Of a stretch of 64,000 nucleotides of DNA, positions 39,442 through 50,758 are shown piece by piece; the stretch's first letter is position 1, and each line of letters opens with the position of its first letter. The notes below the pieces were generated by a model. It was not told the DNA's origin. It ran no database searches and saw nothing but the letters and a program-made list of their open reading frames with translations. Origin of the DNA: Obrimoposthia wandeli (Eukaryota); NCBI GenBank assembly GCA_977020255.1, contig CDROCS010000122.1, positions 434,001-498,000 on the forward strand, written 5' to 3'. The position numbers and the translations under genes were made by a program.

Positions 39442-39888
39442 CTACATAACCAAATACGTCATAATTAACGCATCTTCACGTCCATTTGCTGATGGGTAAT
39501 ACCCTTCACGGCGGTTTATCTCATTAAAGCCAACCGCTTCATACAGTTTATACGCACGAGCATTACTGGCACGCACTTCTAGCCAGATATCTTCAGCATT
39601 CCGCTGTTGTAATATATCGATAAAGCCTTCTAACAATACTTTACCGTAGCCCTTGCCTTGCTGATTAGGATCAACCGCAATATTCAGTAATGTCGCCTCG
39701 CCTGCAACCAGCTGACCGTAACAATACCCCACCACGATATCATCCACTAATAGGACAAAATTCGTCGCAATCTTGTTAGGCTCTTTACGAATCATCGATT
39801 CTGCCCACGGAAAAGTGTTGGCAGCACATTCTATACGCCAAATAGCATCATGGTGTTGCGCTTCAAGTGAAACAATTTTATTTATCAT
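39442..39888 (-). CDS. rimI: Ribosomal protein S18 alanine acetyltransferase
   Basis: LLNIAVDP..QGKGYG, LEVRASN, REGYY, EDALIM. Confidence 0.93.
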   Translation of the reverse strand: MINKIVSLEAQHHDAIWRIECAANTFPWAESMIRKEPNKIATNFVLLVDDIVVGYCYGQLVAGEATLLNIAVDPNQQGKGYGKVLLEGFIDILQQRNAEDIWLEVRASNARAYKLYEAVGFNEINRREGYYPSANGREDALIMTYLVM

Positions 39889-40279
39889 AAGAACAAATCT
39901 GCTGCCATAGGGCTTTTTTACTTGATGGGTTTGAATGCATTGCTTGCAATGAACTTGAATTCAACACTTGGCAACCAACAGGATGTGCGCCTTGGCAACC
40001 TGCAAACCAACACCACGTTAAATGATGTTCTGCAACTTGCTCTACCGCTTCTAAAGGTAATGATAACGCTTGTTCAGGCTTCAATTTCATACTGCCTAAA
40101 ATACGCCCAAATAGCCAAGCATCATGTTCATTCAGTTCATCATCAGTAATAAACAATAGTTTGCAACTTTCAGGTAGATCTATGACTGGTACTTGCATAT
40201 TAGGGAAGAACTCCGGTTTGCGTACCTGCCAATAGGTTAACCCCATTTCTTGCAATACCTGAATATCACGCTGTTTCAT
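39878..40279 (-). CDS. holD: DNA polymerase III psi subunit
   Basis: LQEMGLTYW N-terminus, KKALWQQIC C-terminus; upstream of rimI. Confidence 0.88.
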   Translation of the reverse strand: MKQRDIQVLQEMGLTYWQVRKPEFFPNMQVPVIDLPESCKLLFITDDELNEHDAWLFGRILGSMKLKPEQALSLPLEAVEQVAEHHLTWCWFAGCQGAHPVGCQVLNSSSLQAMHSNPSSKKALWQQICSYDK

Positions 40280-40467
40280 TCAATACTCACAATAAGCTTT
40301 TAGTAGTGATAAACACTTTGGCTGGCAATCCTATCAAATTCATACCGCACCACCAAGATATACCCAGCATGCGTTTAATATAGCCATCATCAAAAATAAA
40401 AAACCACCTTAAAGGTGGTATTTTATGGTGAATATAAAACAAGCTATATTCCGTTATATTACCGAGA

Positions 40468-40971
40468 TTACAGAGCTGAAAATTCTTCACTGTATTTAAC
40501 GACGCCTGATTTTCCTGCTAGATGCTCAGGTATCACTTCTAAGACCATAAAGGCTTCATCAGGCACTTCCCAAATACATCCAAGACCGTATTCAGACGCT
40601 TTCTCGAAACCCACTTGCGGGTAATACTCACTGTGACCAAGCACAACGACAACAGGGTAACCAAAATCAGCAAGCATTAATTTCGCTTCTTCTATTAATG
40701 CTTTTCCGATACCTTGACGTTGGTATTCAGGTTTTATCGCTAACGGTGCTAAGCCTTGCCAATTGTGATCGACACCATCGATAGTGACAGGGCTAAAAAG
40801 GATATGTCCAATCACCTCGCCGTCATCACTACACGCAACAAGAGATAATGTGCGGTGACTATTTTCACGTAATCTCATTACTAAATCGGCTTCAGCATCG
40901 GTCTCAAATACCGCCTTCAGCAATCGATCTATGGGTAGAATATCCGCAGGTGCTTCAGTTCTAATGAGCAT
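40468..40971 (-). CDS. yhbS: GNAT acetyltransferase YhbS-like
   Basis: LAPLAIKPEYQRQGIG, VVLGHSEYYPQVGF; downstream of ubiT. Confidence 0.85.
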   Translation of the reverse strand: MLIRTEAPADILPIDRLLKAVFETDAEADLVMRLRENSHRTLSLVACSDDGEVIGHILFSPVTIDGVDHNWQGLAPLAIKPEYQRQGIGKALIEEAKLMLADFGYPVVVVLGHSEYYPQVGFEKASEYGLGCIWEVPDEAFMVLEVIPEHLAGKSGVVKYSEEFSAL

Positions 40972-41482
40972 TCATAACCTCTTTTTCAGCATCGGCATCT
41001 TGCATTCCTTTTTGAATGAAGTCTGCCGATTGCTGTAACAAAAATTTGAGCGGCGAAGGTAACGAATCCAGATCAATACTGTCCATCAAGTTCTTTACCT
41101 CTAGCCCCAATTCAGTATCCCCTTCAATACGAAGACGACGTTGAAAAAATAAGGTGTCAGGATCTTCTTTACGTGCGGCAATCAAGACTAAGTCATTACA
41201 TTCGCCACTGAAGCTAACATCTTCTTGCTCGATATGATCAGCGACAACTAGTTTGTCATCTTGGTAGCTAATATACCAGTGCAGTTCTAAATCCCTGACT
41301 TCGACTTTTAGCCAGCGTCCATCAAGAAATTCAAAATCACCATCTTCTAACGCTTCCTTAAAAACAAGCGCTAAGCCTTCTAGCATCATTTTTTTCTGGA
41401 CCGTAAAAGGCGTCAATTTTGCTGGAACGCGTAATAACGCAGGACCATGTTGAACAATGTGCTTTCGAAGTTGGGTTATCAC
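40961..41482 (-). CDS. ubiT: Anaerobic ubiquinone biosynthesis accessory factor (SCP2 domain)
   Basis: EDPDTLFFQRRLRIEGDTELGLEVKNL. Confidence 0.92.
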   Translation of the reverse strand: MITQLRKHIVQHGPALLRVPAKLTPFTVQKKMMLEGLALVFKEALEDGDFEFLDGRWLKVEVRDLELHWYISYQDDKLVVADHIEQEDVSFSGECNDLVLIAARKEDPDTLFFQRRLRIEGDTELGLEVKNLMDSIDLDSLPSPLKFLLQQSADFIQKGMQDADAEKEVMNAH

Positions 41483-41548
41483 TGTATGTATTTTCCTATC
41501 ACTGCCGCATTAATACCTGATTGTATGGCAACCTTGCTAAACAGTTTC

Positions 41549-41562
41549 ATGCCTTGAGTCAA
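41549..41562 (-). promoter_or_regulatory. Candidate FNR-type site upstream of ubiT
   Basis: Minus strand TTGAC-TCAA-GGCAT; same pattern as the site before ubiU. Confidence 0.4.
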
Positions 41563-41745
41563 AAAAAACGCTTCTCTCAACGCAAAATTTAGAATTCTGC
41601 CCTGATCACGGGTTATATTACAGAACACGACGGATGAGATGAAACATAAAAATCATCGTCACTCTTTGTAGTGCTACCCATTATGGTTATTCAACTTGGT
41701 AACCCCGCACTATTTTCAACCTGAATATGGATATACGGTGCTTTA

Positions 41746-43785
41746 ATGCCGACAGAGCAACTTAATTATTGGTTTCCTCTGCTCACAGATAACAGTCCGT
41801 TTCTGTTTGCAGTATTAGATCCTCAACATAACTACTTAGTCGTTAATAATCGTTACTGCGAAATAAGCGGTCTTCAGCGTGACGATCTGGTTGGTCAAAA
41901 CGACAAAGACATTCTAGGGCAAGCCTTTTACCGCTCTCTGCGTCCATTTTATGAGCGTGCCTTTCAGGGAGAATCCGTTGAAGGTGAAGTCGTTCTGGAT
42001 GATAACCGTCATGAAACCAGTATGCATTTTAGCCTATCACCACTGCGAAATAAAACCGGTGATGTTAGCCATATTGTGCTGCATTCAGTCGACACGTCCG
42101 AACGACAAATTTTAGTCAACTCGCTTGAAGAGCTTGAGCATCAATTAAACCAACTGAATGAATTAATCACTGATGGCATGTGTATTGTCGAAGGTGGCAT
42201 CATTATATCGGCCAACCAAGTTGCGGCGAATTTATTAGGATTCGATGATTCTAAAGAATTATTAGGTGAAGAACTCGGCCGTTTGCTGATTGATAGCCAT
42301 AATCAGCGTATTTTAGGTGAGACACTACACCAAATACCGAGTGGCGAACCCCGTAAGTGCCACACTAGCCCACGCTGCTGCACTGAACGTCCATTATTAG
42401 TCACCACATCAGATATTACCTTAATGGGGTCACCCGCGAAGCTGGTTAAGCTTCAAGACGCTGCTGAACATGCCGTGCAGCAAGGACAAGTTGAACAGCT
42501 CATTCATACGGATCCATTAACAGGTTTATACAATCGCCATGGTTTTAGCCGTCGATTAGAAAGTCTAATCACCAATGAAACACCACTGGTTATGCTGTAC
42601 CTCGATATCGATAACTTCAAAAACATTAATGACTCTTTAGGCCATCATATTGGCGATCGGGTACTGCAAGAAATCTCGCAACGCTTACGCCGTTTATTAC
42701 CAGAAAATGCCATTATTGGTCATTTAGGAGGTGATGAATTTGGGATTGTTTTATCTGAACCCGAGCACGATAAAGCGGGCGATCTCGTTGCTCAGCAAGT
42801 TATCTCGTTAATTAATCAACCTTTTGATCTACACCATTTCAGCAAACATTTAGCGTGCTCAATTGGCATGGTGTCTTACCCTGGTAATGGTAATGATGCA
42901 CGTATTTTGCTGCAAAATGCCGATACTGCTATGTATGAAGCGAAAAATCGTGGGCGAAATCGTTTAGTTAAATTCAATGAAGCCATGAATAAAGAAGCGC
43001 GAATGCGCTTATGGTTAGAAATAGAGCTTCAAAAAGTACTGCAAAACAATGGATTAGAAGTCTGGTACCAACCCAAAGTGAATGCCCGTGATTTTGCGAT
43101 TAATGGCGCAGAAGCGTTAGTTCGCTGGAAGCACCCTGTTGAGGGCTATATTAGCCCGGCACAATTTATTCCCGTCGCTGAAAGCTCAGGGTTAATCGAG
43201 CAACTTGGTTTGGTCGTTATGCGAGAAGTGTTCACAACGGTAAAACGCTGGAAACAACAAGGCATCTTGGCTGGACGTGTGGCGATCAATTTATCACCAC
43301 AGCAATTTGGTAATCCGAACCTCATCGATTTTGTGAAAACGCTACTCAAAAGTACGGGCGTAAATGCCACAGATATTACCTTTGAATTAACCGAAAGCGC
43401 CGTAATGAGCGATGGCGAGCACACCATACAAATGTTAAACGCGATAAAAAACCTCGGGTTTGCATTATCGATTGATGACTTTGGTACTGGGTATTCATCG
43501 TTATCTTATTTAGCCCGTTTTCCATTGGATGAGCTAAAAATTGACCGCGCCTTTATTACTGATATCGATACGGTGCCCAAGCAGGTAACCTTGATTGAAA
43601 ATATCATCAACCTAGGTAAAGCCCTTAATATGAGTATCGTCGCGGAAGGGGTTGAAACACGTCAGCAAGCAACTTTGCTGTCAAATCTCAATTGTGACTA
43701 TATTCAGGGGTTCCATTTCTATCGTCCGTTGCCAAAAAATGAACTCGAAGCGATTTTAGTGAAAAACAGCCGCAGTAAAGATTAA
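41746..43785 (+). CDS. rocS: PAS-PAS-GGDEF-EAL c-di-GMP enzyme (RocS-like)
   Basis: GGDEF, EAL and DDFGTGYSS motifs; lies between ubiT and ubiU like V. cholerae rocS. Confidence 0.75.
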   Translation: MPTEQLNYWFPLLTDNSPFLFAVLDPQHNYLVVNNRYCEISGLQRDDLVGQNDKDILGQAFYRSLRPFYERAFQGESVEGEVVLDDNRHETSMHFSLSPLRNKTGDVSHIVLHSVDTSERQILVNSLEELEHQLNQLNELITDGMCIVEGGIIISANQVAANLLGFDDSKELLGEELGRLLIDSHNQRILGETLHQIPSGEPRKCHTSPRCCTERPLLVTTSDITLMGSPAKLVKLQDAAEHAVQQGQVEQLIHTDPLTGLYNRHGFSRRLESLITNETPLVMLYLDIDNFKNINDSLGHHIGDRVLQEISQRLRRLLPENAIIGHLGGDEFGIVLSEPEHDKAGDLVAQQVISLINQPFDLHHFSKHLACSIGMVSYPGNGNDARILLQNADTAMYEAKNRGRNRLVKFNEAMNKEARMRLWLEIELQKVLQNNGLEVWYQPKVNARDFAINGAEALVRWKHPVEGYISPAQFIPVAESSGLIEQLGLVVMREVFTTVKRWKQQGILAGRVAINLSPQQFGNPNLIDFVKTLLKSTGVNATDITFELTESAVMSDGEHTIQMLNAIKNLGFALSIDDFGTGYSSLSYLARFPLDELKIDRAFITDIDTVPKQVTLIENIINLGKALNMSIVAEGVETRQQATLLSNLNCDYIQGFHFYRPLPKNELEAILVKNSRSKD

Positions 43786-43819
43786 TCACTTTTCTAAGTG
43801 TGCATCTACCACTAAAAAG

Positions 43820-43854
43820 TTGTTCTAAATCAGCAAAAACCTGCCTGACATCAA
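43820..43854 (+). promoter_or_regulatory. Two candidate FNR-type sites upstream of ubiU
   Basis: TTGTT-N4-ATCAG (43820) and CTGCC-N4-ATCAA (43841); ubiUV are known FNR targets in E. coli. Confidence 0.45.
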
Positions 43855-43927
43855 AACAAGGGGGCACTAAGCCCCCTACTATTTGCTCTATTAATTATTC
43901 CCATCAAAGACTGGTTGATAAAATAAT

Positions 43928-44935
43928 ATGGAGCTACTTTGCCCCGCTGGTAACCTTCCAGCCTTAAAAACAGCAATTGATAACGGTGCTGACGCGGTAT
44001 ACATCGGCTTTAAAGACGATACGAATGCCCGCCATTTCGCTGGTTTGAACTTTACAGGTCGTAAGCTAGAAAAAGCCGTTCAGTATGTGCAAGATCACAA
44101 CAGAAAGCTGCACGTTGCCCTCAATACTTTCGCCCACCCAGACAGTTTTAACCGTTGGACAAAAGCGGTCGACAATGCGGTCGCTATGGGGGTAGATGCC
44201 CTCATCGTTGCTGATATTGCGGTATTAGAATATGCCGCTACGCGTTATCCTGATCTTGAACTGCACTTATCGGTTCAAGCATCAGCAACCAATACCGCTG
44301 CCATTGATTTTTATAAACAGAACTTCAATGTGAAGCGTGTAGTATTGCCGCGTGTACTGTCGATTCATCAAGTTAAGCAACTTGCACGTAATACCGATAT
44401 GGATCTAGAGGTCTTCGCGTTTGGTAGTTTGTGCATTATGTCTGAAGGTCGTTGTTACTTATCTTCTTACATGACAGGTGAATCACCCAATACGGTAGGT
44501 GCATGCTCACCAGCTAAATATGTTCGCTGGCAAGAAACGGCGCAAGGGCTTGAGTCTCGCTTAAACGATGTGTTAATTGATCGTTATGCCACTGGCGAAA
44601 ATGCTGGCTACCCAACACTGTGTAAAGGGCGTTTCGATGTCAACCTTGATGGTAATAATAAACGCTACCACGCCTTGGAAGAGCCAACGAGCCTCAATAC
44701 GTTAGAGATATTACCAGAACTCTTTGCCGCCAATATTGCATCAGTGAAAATAGAAGGTCGTCAACGTAGCCCAGCTTATGTTGAGCAAGTAACCAAAACG
44801 TGGCGAGCAGCCATTGATCGTTATAAGGCCAACCCTGAAGGCTATAGCGTAGAGCCAGCTTGGAACACGTGCTTAGGCAACGTCTCTGAAGGCAAACAAA
44901 CAACCCTCGGTGCTTACCACCGCAAATGGCAGTAA
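43928..44935 (+). CDS. ubiU: Anaerobic ubiquinone biosynthesis protein UbiU (U32 family)
   Basis: MELLCPAGN, CIMSEGRCYLSSY, GACSP, KIEGRQRS. Confidence 0.94.
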   Translation: MELLCPAGNLPALKTAIDNGADAVYIGFKDDTNARHFAGLNFTGRKLEKAVQYVQDHNRKLHVALNTFAHPDSFNRWTKAVDNAVAMGVDALIVADIAVLEYAATRYPDLELHLSVQASATNTAAIDFYKQNFNVKRVVLPRVLSIHQVKQLARNTDMDLEVFAFGSLCIMSEGRCYLSSYMTGESPNTVGACSPAKYVRWQETAQGLESRLNDVLIDRYATGENAGYPTLCKGRFDVNLDGNNKRYHALEEPTSLNTLEILPELFAANIASVKIEGRQRSPAYVEQVTKTWRAAIDRYKANPEGYSVEPAWNTCLGNVSEGKQTTLGAYHRKWQ

Positions 44936-44946
44936 AGGAGCCAAAC

Positions 44947-45822
44947 ATGAAATACTCTTTGGGCCCTCTTCTTTATTTTTGGCCAAAAACCGACGTTGAA
45001 GATTTTTATCAACAAGCAAAAGAAACAGACACCGATATCATCTATCTTGGTGAGACAATTTGCTCAAAACGCCGTGAAATGAAGCCTGCTCATTGGTTTG
45101 ATATCGCAAAAGATATCTCTTCTACCGGTAAGCAAGTTGTCTTGTCGACCATGGCATTGCTGGAAGCACCTAGCGAAGTCAATATCATGAAAAAGTACAT
45201 CGATAACGGCGATTTCATTATAGAAGCTAACGATGTATCGGCGATTCAACTGGCTTATGAGAAAAAAGTACCGTTTGTAGTCGGCGCTGCCGTTAATTGC
45301 TATAACGCACAAACACTCAACCTATTCTTAAAAAAAGGCATGACGCGCTGGTGTATGCCCGTCGAGCTGTCTAGAGAATGGCTCCAGAATGTTGTGATAG
45401 AATGCGAGAAATTGGGTATTCGAGATAAATTTGAAACTGAAGTATTCAGCTACGGTTATCTGCCGCTGGCCTATTCTGCCCGTTGTTTTACTGCGCGCGC
45501 GGAAGATAAAGCCAAAGATGATTGCGAAACTTGCTGTATCAAGTATCCAACCGGTATTACCGTTAATAGCCAAGAAAACCAGAAAGTCTTTACACTAAAT
45601 GGTATTCAAACCCAATCAGGTTACTGCTATAACTTGGTCAACGATCTGAAAAGTATGCAGGATCTCGTTGATGTCGCCCGCTTAAGTCCACTCAGTATTG
45701 ATACGTTAAGCAAAGTAAACGACTTTAAGTTAAATGAACAAAGCACCACTCGCCATCCGTTAGTAGAGGGTCATCACTGTAATGGTTATTGGCATAACGT
45801 TGCGGGTCTAAATATCGAGTAG
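44947..45822 (+). CDS. ubiV: Anaerobic ubiquinone biosynthesis protein UbiV
   Basis: MKYSLGPLLYFW start at 44947, YLGETICSKRR, SARCFTAR...DDCETCC. Confidence 0.94.
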   Translation: MKYSLGPLLYFWPKTDVEDFYQQAKETDTDIIYLGETICSKRREMKPAHWFDIAKDISSTGKQVVLSTMALLEAPSEVNIMKKYIDNGDFIIEANDVSAIQLAYEKKVPFVVGAAVNCYNAQTLNLFLKKGMTRWCMPVELSREWLQNVVIECEKLGIRDKFETEVFSYGYLPLAYSARCFTARAEDKAKDDCETCCIKYPTGITVNSQENQKVFTLNGIQTQSGYCYNLVNDLKSMQDLVDVARLSPLSIDTLSKVNDFKLNEQSTTRHPLVEGHHCNGYWHNVAGLNIE

Positions 45823-45825
45823 TAC

Positions 45826-45870
45826 TTTTTATTCAAACAATTGTTATTCAAAAAATTGTTATTCAAACAT
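45826..45870 (+). repeat. Three imperfect 15-bp tandem repeats
   Basis: TTTTTATTCAAACAA / TTGTTATTCAAAAAA / TTGTTATTCAAACAT. Confidence 0.75.
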
Positions 45871-45889
45871 TTTTAATCAGATATAAAAA

Positions 45890-45908
45890 AGCCGCGACAA
45901 TCGCGGCT
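45890..45908. terminator. Terminator ubiV/nlpI
   Basis: AGCCGCGA-CAA-TCGCGGCT flanked by A/T tracts. Confidence 0.7.
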
Positions 45909-45946
45909 CTTCTTTATAACGCTATGTAACAATCAATAGAAAGAAA

Positions 45947-46840
45947 CTAGTTAGTCTTTTTTTGTCCATTTTGCGCTTCATAAGCCGCCATAATTCTGCT
46001 GATTTCTAACAATGAGAAACGATGCTCAACAAACTCATACACGTTACCCGCTAAGGCTAACTTGTATAGCATCACAGCCGCAGAAAAATCACCTTGTTGT
46101 TGATACGCCTTCGCAAGGTAGAAGTATCCTTCAGTCAAGTGCTCTGCTAACTGATCGTTACTTTCACTCTCGGTCGCAATCTCATTCAAGAACTGAGTTT
46201 CTGTGATTTCACCAAGATAGAGACGCACAATTTTCCATCCCCAATCTTGCTTATCACTGGCATCATAACGTAGCTTTAATTTTTCAGCTGCCGTTTCAGA
46301 ATTCTGTTCAAATTCAACAAAATACAACCAAATAACACGATAAGGGTCATTCACGCCTTGCTGATAATGCACCAACAAATCATCGTGAGCCAATGCTAAA
46401 CGACCACCATAATATAAAGCAATACCACGGTTACGCTGAGCAAACGGATGCAGAGAGTTTAGCTCTAGCGTTGAATCAAACGCTTCATACGCTGCATCAA
46501 AATGGGCACTTTGAGTAAAATACACACCAAGAATATTAAATACATCAGGTTGATTGGGTTTCAACGAGAGAGACTGGTTAAAATCAAGACGAGCTAAATC
46601 ACGTAAGCCCAAGCTGTCATTCAATAAACCACGCTCATAAAACATTTGTGCTACGGTATCTTTATCGAGATCATTACGCTTTAGTAATTGATCAATACGC
46701 GCTAATTGTATTTGCTGTTGAATCGTAGGCTGAAATGGTACAGCCATCGGCGGATGGGTCCATTTCGATTGAGACGATGCACATCCTGTTAGTACCATCA
46801 CTGCGGCAATACATACGATCTTTAACCTGTTTGCAATCAA
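45947..46840 (-). CDS. nlpI: Lipoprotein NlpI
   Basis: Lipobox LTGC, TPRs (YERGLLNDSLGLRDLARLDF), NVYEFVEHR; downstream of pnp. Confidence 0.93.
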   Translation of the reverse strand: MIANRLKIVCIAAVMVLTGCASSQSKWTHPPMAVPFQPTIQQQIQLARIDQLLKRNDLDKDTVAQMFYERGLLNDSLGLRDLARLDFNQSLSLKPNQPDVFNILGVYFTQSAHFDAAYEAFDSTLELNSLHPFAQRNRGIALYYGGRLALAHDDLLVHYQQGVNDPYRVIWLYFVEFEQNSETAAEKLKLRYDASDKQDWGWKIVRLYLGEITETQFLNEIATESESNDQLAEHLTEGYFYLAKAYQQQGDFSAAVMLYKLALAGNVYEFVEHRFSLLEISRIMAAYEAQNGQKKTN

Positions 46841-46923
46841 TGCTGTTCTCCCTGAAGTACATAATTTAGATATAAAAAAAGGGGCTAATCAGCCCCTTTA
46901 TAACATGCTTTGTGAAGAAAGAC

Positions 46924-49047
46924 TTAGCCTTGTGGCTGTTCGTCTTGTACTGGCGCAGGATTTTGATCTGCAACAGCTTCTTTCATGCTTAGGCGAATAC
47001 GACCCTGACGGTCGATTTCAAGTACTTTAACTTGAACTTCTTGACCCATTTGTAGATGGTCAGATACTTTCTCTACACGCTCTTGAGCGATTTGAGAAAT
47101 GTGTACCAAGCCTTCTTTAGCACCGATAACTGATACGAATGCACCGAAGTCTACGATACGCATTACTTTACCAGTATAGATGCGACCAACTTCAACGTCA
47201 GCAGTGATTTCTTCGATACGACGGATAGCTTCTTTAGCTGCAGCACCTTCAGTTGCTGCAATCTTGATTGTACCGTCATCTTCGATTTCAATTGTAGTAC
47301 CAGTTTCTTCAGTTAGTGCACGGATAACTGCACCACCTTTACCGATAACGTCTTTAATCTTGTCAGAACTGATCTTAATCGTATGAATACGAGGAGCAAA
47401 CTGAGAGATATCATCACGGTGAGAGCCAATTGCATCGTCCATCACGCTAAGGATGTGCTTACGTGCACCTTTAGCTTGATTTAGAGCGATCTGCATGATC
47501 TCTTTAGTGATACCTTCAATTTTGATATCCATCTGAAGTGCTGTGATACCGTCGTCAGTACCCGCTACTTTAAAGTCCATGTCACCTAGGTGATCTTCGT
47601 CACCAAGGATGTCAGAAAGAACAACGAAATCGTCGCCTTCTTTAACAAGACCCATTGCGATACCCGCAACAGACGCTTTAATTGGCACACCAGCATCCAT
47701 AAGCGCTAGAGATGTACCACATACAGAAGCCATTGAAGATGAACCGTTAGATTCAGTGATTTCCGATACAACACGTACTGTGTATGGGAATTCTTCAACA
47801 GAAGGCATTACTGCAGCAATACCACGCTTAGCCAGCTTACCGTGACCAATTTCACGACGCTTAGGTGAACCAACAAAACCAGTTTCACCAACACAGTATG
47901 GAGGGAAGTTGTAGTGTAGAAGGAAGTGATCTTTCTTCTCACCCATGATGCTGTCGATGATTTGTGCATCACGTTGTGTACCTAGCGTAGCAGTAACTAG
48001 CGCCTGAGTTTCACCACGTGTGAACAAAGAAGAACCGTGAGTACGTGGAAGTACACCAGTACGTACGTCTAGCGCACGAACCATGTCTTTTTCACGACCA
48101 TCAATACGTGGGTTACCCGCAATGATACGGCTACGTACAACGTGCTTCTCAAGAGCGCTTAACATGCCACGAAGTTCACGCTCATCAAGCGTTTCGTCTT
48201 CAGCAAGAAGGCTTGCAACAACATCGTTCTTAATAGAACCAACTTCGTCGTAACGCGCCATTTTTTCAGTGATTTGGTATGCATCAGAAAGGCGAGTTTC
48301 AGCTTTATCAGCAACGCGCGCTTTAAGTTCAGCATTAACTACTGGAGCAGTCCAATCCCAAGCAGGAGTTGCTACTTCAGCAGCAAACTCGTTGATTGCA
48401 TTGATAACAACTTGTTGTTGGTCGTGACCATAAACAACAGCTTGCAGCATTGTCTCTTCAGATAGGCGATCAGCTTCTGATTCAACCATTAGAACAGCGT
48501 CTTTAGTACCAGAAACAACTAGGTCTAGACGGCTTTCTACTAGCTCAGTGTTGCTTGGGTTAAGAACGAATTGATCGTTAACAAAACCAACACGTGCTGC
48601 ACCGATAGGACCGTTGAATGGTAGACCTGAAATAGCAAGTGCCGCAGACGTTGCGATCATAGTGATCATGTCTGGGTTTACATCTGGGTTTACAGAAACC
48701 ACAGTTGCAATTACTTGTACTTCGTTTTTGAATGCACTTGGGAATAACGGACGGATAGGACGGTCAATTAGACGTGCTGTAAGCGTTTCACCTTCAGAAG
48801 GGCGACCTTCACGCTTGAAGAAACCACCAGGAATTTTACCTGCAGCGTATGTACGCTCTTGGTAGTTAACTGTTAGAGGGAAGAAACTTTGGCCTTCAAC
48901 AGCCTCTTTCTTACCAACAACAGATACAAACACAGACGTATCGTCCATGCTTGCCATAACAGCAGCAGTCGCTTGACGTGCCATAACACCAGTTTCTAGG
49001 GTAACTGTGTGGTTACCGTACTGGAAAGTCTTTACGATAGGGTTCAC
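46924..49047 (-). CDS. pnp: Polyribonucleotide nucleotidyltransferase
   Basis: [25 protein letters not shown] and S1 domains. Confidence 0.98.
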   Translation of the reverse strand: MNPIVKTFQYGNHTVTLETGVMARQATAAVMASMDDTSVFVSVVGKKEAVEGQSFFPLTVNYQERTYAAGKIPGGFFKREGRPSEGETLTARLIDRPIRPLFPSAFKNEVQVIATVVSVNPDVNPDMITMIATSAALAISGLPFNGPIGAARVGFVNDQFVLNPSNTELVESRLDLVVSGTKDAVLMVESEADRLSEETMLQAVVYGHDQQQVVINAINEFAAEVATPAWDWTAPVVNAELKARVADKAETRLSDAYQITEKMARYDEVGSIKNDVVASLLAEDETLDERELRGMLSALEKHVVRSRIIAGNPRIDGREKDMVRALDVRTGVLPRTHGSSLFTRGETQALVTATLGTQRDAQIIDSIMGEKKDHFLLHYNFPPYCVGETGFVGSPKRREIGHGKLAKRGIAAVMPSVEEFPYTVRVVSEITESNGSSSMASVCGTSLALMDAGVPIKASVAGIAMGLVKEGDDFVVLSDILGDEDHLGDMDFKVAGTDDGITALQMDIKIEGITKEIMQIALNQAKGARKHILSVMDDAIGSHRDDISQFAPRIHTIKISSDKIKDVIGKGGAVIRALTEETGTTIEIEDDGTIKIAATEGAAAKEAIRRIEEITADVEVGRIYTGKVMRIVDFGAFVSVIGAKEGLVHISQIAQERVEKVSDHLQMGQEVQVKVLEIDRQGRIRLSMKEAVADQNPAPVQDEQPQG

Positions 49048-49151
49048 GTGAATTTCCTTAATATTATTCGCATTTTATTTGCGCCATTGAGTATATCTGA
49101 CACAAAGAAAGGCGTCATGTGATGAAACCCACTTTTCGATGATTTTACATA

Positions 49152-49223
49152 TCGCGACTAATGAAAATTATCTATCGAATCAATATTTTCGGTTATTCGT
49201 CAAATAACATTCATTAGCCGCGA
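49152..49223 (-). promoter_or_regulatory. pnp leader RNase III processing stem
   Basis: Minus strand TCGCGGCTAATGAA...TTCATTAGTCGCGA, matching the arms of the E. coli pnp leader stem as recalled. Confidence 0.75.
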
Positions 49224-49331
49224 CCTTAAGGTCGGGAAAACGACTGCGAAATCAGGGTAAAGGTGTATTTCAGTAAATATAGAGCCTAATAAAAAGAAAG
49301 GAGCCATAAGGCTCCTTTCTCGAAAGCAATC

Positions 49332-49601
49332 TTAGCGACGTAGGCCTTGACGCTTGATAAGATCTTGGTAACGATCAAGATTCTTACCTTTAAGGTAGTC
49401 TAGAAGCTTACGACGGCGAGAAACCATACGTAATAGACCGCGACGGCTGTGGTGGTCGTGCTTGTGGTTAGCAAAGTGACCTTGAAGGTGGTTGATTTGT
49501 GCTGTTAAAAGCGCAACCTGAACTTCAGGTGAACCAGTGTCGTTTTCGCATTGTGCGTAGTCAGCAACGATAGCTGCTTTAGTTTCTGCATTCAGAGACA
49601 T
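49332..49601 (-). CDS. rpsO: 30S ribosomal protein S15
   Basis: [25 protein letters not shown]. Confidence 0.98.
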   Translation of the reverse strand: MSLNAETKAAIVADYAQCENDTGSPEVQVALLTAQINHLQGHFANHKHDHHSRRGLLRMVSRRRKLLDYLKGKNLDRYQDLIKRQGLRR

Positions 49602-49662
49602 AACTCTTCCTAATACTAGATGTTTTTAATTTGTGTCGCCAATCTCTGATTCAGCCGACACC
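49590..49662 (-). promoter_or_regulatory. S15 autoregulatory leader (pseudoknot)
   Basis: GCTGAATCAGAGATTGGCG matches the E. coli rpsO leader; loop AGAGA can pair with TCTCT at the start of the CDS. Confidence 0.8.
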
Positions 49663-49720
49663 CGAACCGCGGATTATACTGGCAGCATAGAGTCGCTGCA
49701 AGAAAAAAGAATAGAAAGAA

Positions 49721-49757
49721 AAACGCGATGAAAATAGTGACTATTTTCATCGCGTTT
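49721..49757 (-). terminator. Terminator after truB
   Basis: Perfect 17-bp stem AAACGCGATGAAAATAG-TGA-CTATTTTCATCGCGTTT. Confidence 0.8.
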
Positions 49758-49807
49758 ATTATTCGAATTTCTGGCGCATAACTGCTCAAATAACAGTTAG
49801 CTAACGA

Positions 49808-50758
49808 TTATGCTTCGTCTTGCTTGTTAGCCATAACACGCTTAGGCGCAACCATATTGTTTTGGTCTATTTCACCAATACCAATGAAGTCACGTTGTTC
49901 CCCAACGGTAATGCGAACCAATGCACCTTGTTCTGGCACTTTGCTCGCGTTTACTGGCTGACCATGCAAAATAGCATCGCCACCTTCAACAGTAACATTC
50001 GCCTCTGGCAAATCTTGTACTGCTGAATCTGTTGGTAACAATAGTGGATCAAGTAATTCGCCAGGCTCAATACCTTGCTCTATTGCTTGATCACGTAATG
50101 CTTGAAGTTGCTCTAAGGTAACAACATTTTCCATCAGGTAGTTAGACACACCAGTACGACGTAAATATACGACGTGTGCGCCACAACCCAACATTTCACC
50201 AAGGTCATCGGTAATAGTACGAATGTAAGTCCCTTTTGAACAATGCACTTCCATCTCAACTTCATGGCCTTCAAAGCGAAGAAGCTCAATAGAGTGAACG
50301 GTGATTTTGCGAGATTCACGAGGAATGTCGATACCTTCACGGGCATATTCATAAAGAGGGCGACCTTGATACTTCAATGCTGAAAACATTGAAGGGATCT
50401 GGTCAGTCGTGCCACGGAACTTAGCAATGCAACGTTCAAGCTGACCACGGTCAACTTTCACTTCACGCGTTTCAACAACTTCACCATCAGAATCAGATGT
50501 ATTTGTACGCTCACCTAATTTTGCAATTACACGGTAGCGCTTATCTGAATCTAATAAAAATTGAGAAAACTTCGTCGCTTCACCAAAACAAATCGGCAGC
50601 ATACCTGTCGCTAATGGATCTAGCGCACCAGTATGACCCGCTTTTTGAGCAAAGAAGATACGCTTTACTTTTTGCAGCGTATCATTCGAAGTAATTCCGG
50701 TTGGTTTATCGAGAAGAATAACTCCATCGATTGGACGACCCTTACGACGACGTGCCAT
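49808..50758 (-). CDS. truB: tRNA pseudouridine 55 synthase
   Basis: [24 protein letters not shown]. Confidence 0.97.
   Translation of the reverse strand: MARRRKGRPIDGVILLDKPTGITSNDTLQKVKRIFFAQKAGHTGALDPLATGMLPICFGEATKFSQFLLDSDKRYRVIAKLGERTNTSDSDGEVVETREVKVDRGQLERCIAKFRGTTDQIPSMFSALKYQGRPLYEYAREGIDIPRESRKITVHSIELLRFEGHEVEMEVHCSKGTYIRTITDDLGEMLGCGAHVVYLRRTGVSNYLMENVVTLEQLQALRDQAIEQGIEPGELLDPLLLPTDSAVQDLPEANVTVEGGDAILHGQPVNASKVPEQGALVRITVGEQRDFIGIGEIDQNNMVAPKRVMANKQDEA

Noticed and set aside
41483-41745. c-di-GMP riboswitch upstream of rocS
   Set aside because: No GEMM-type signature (GGCAAAC...GAAA...GCAAAG) found.
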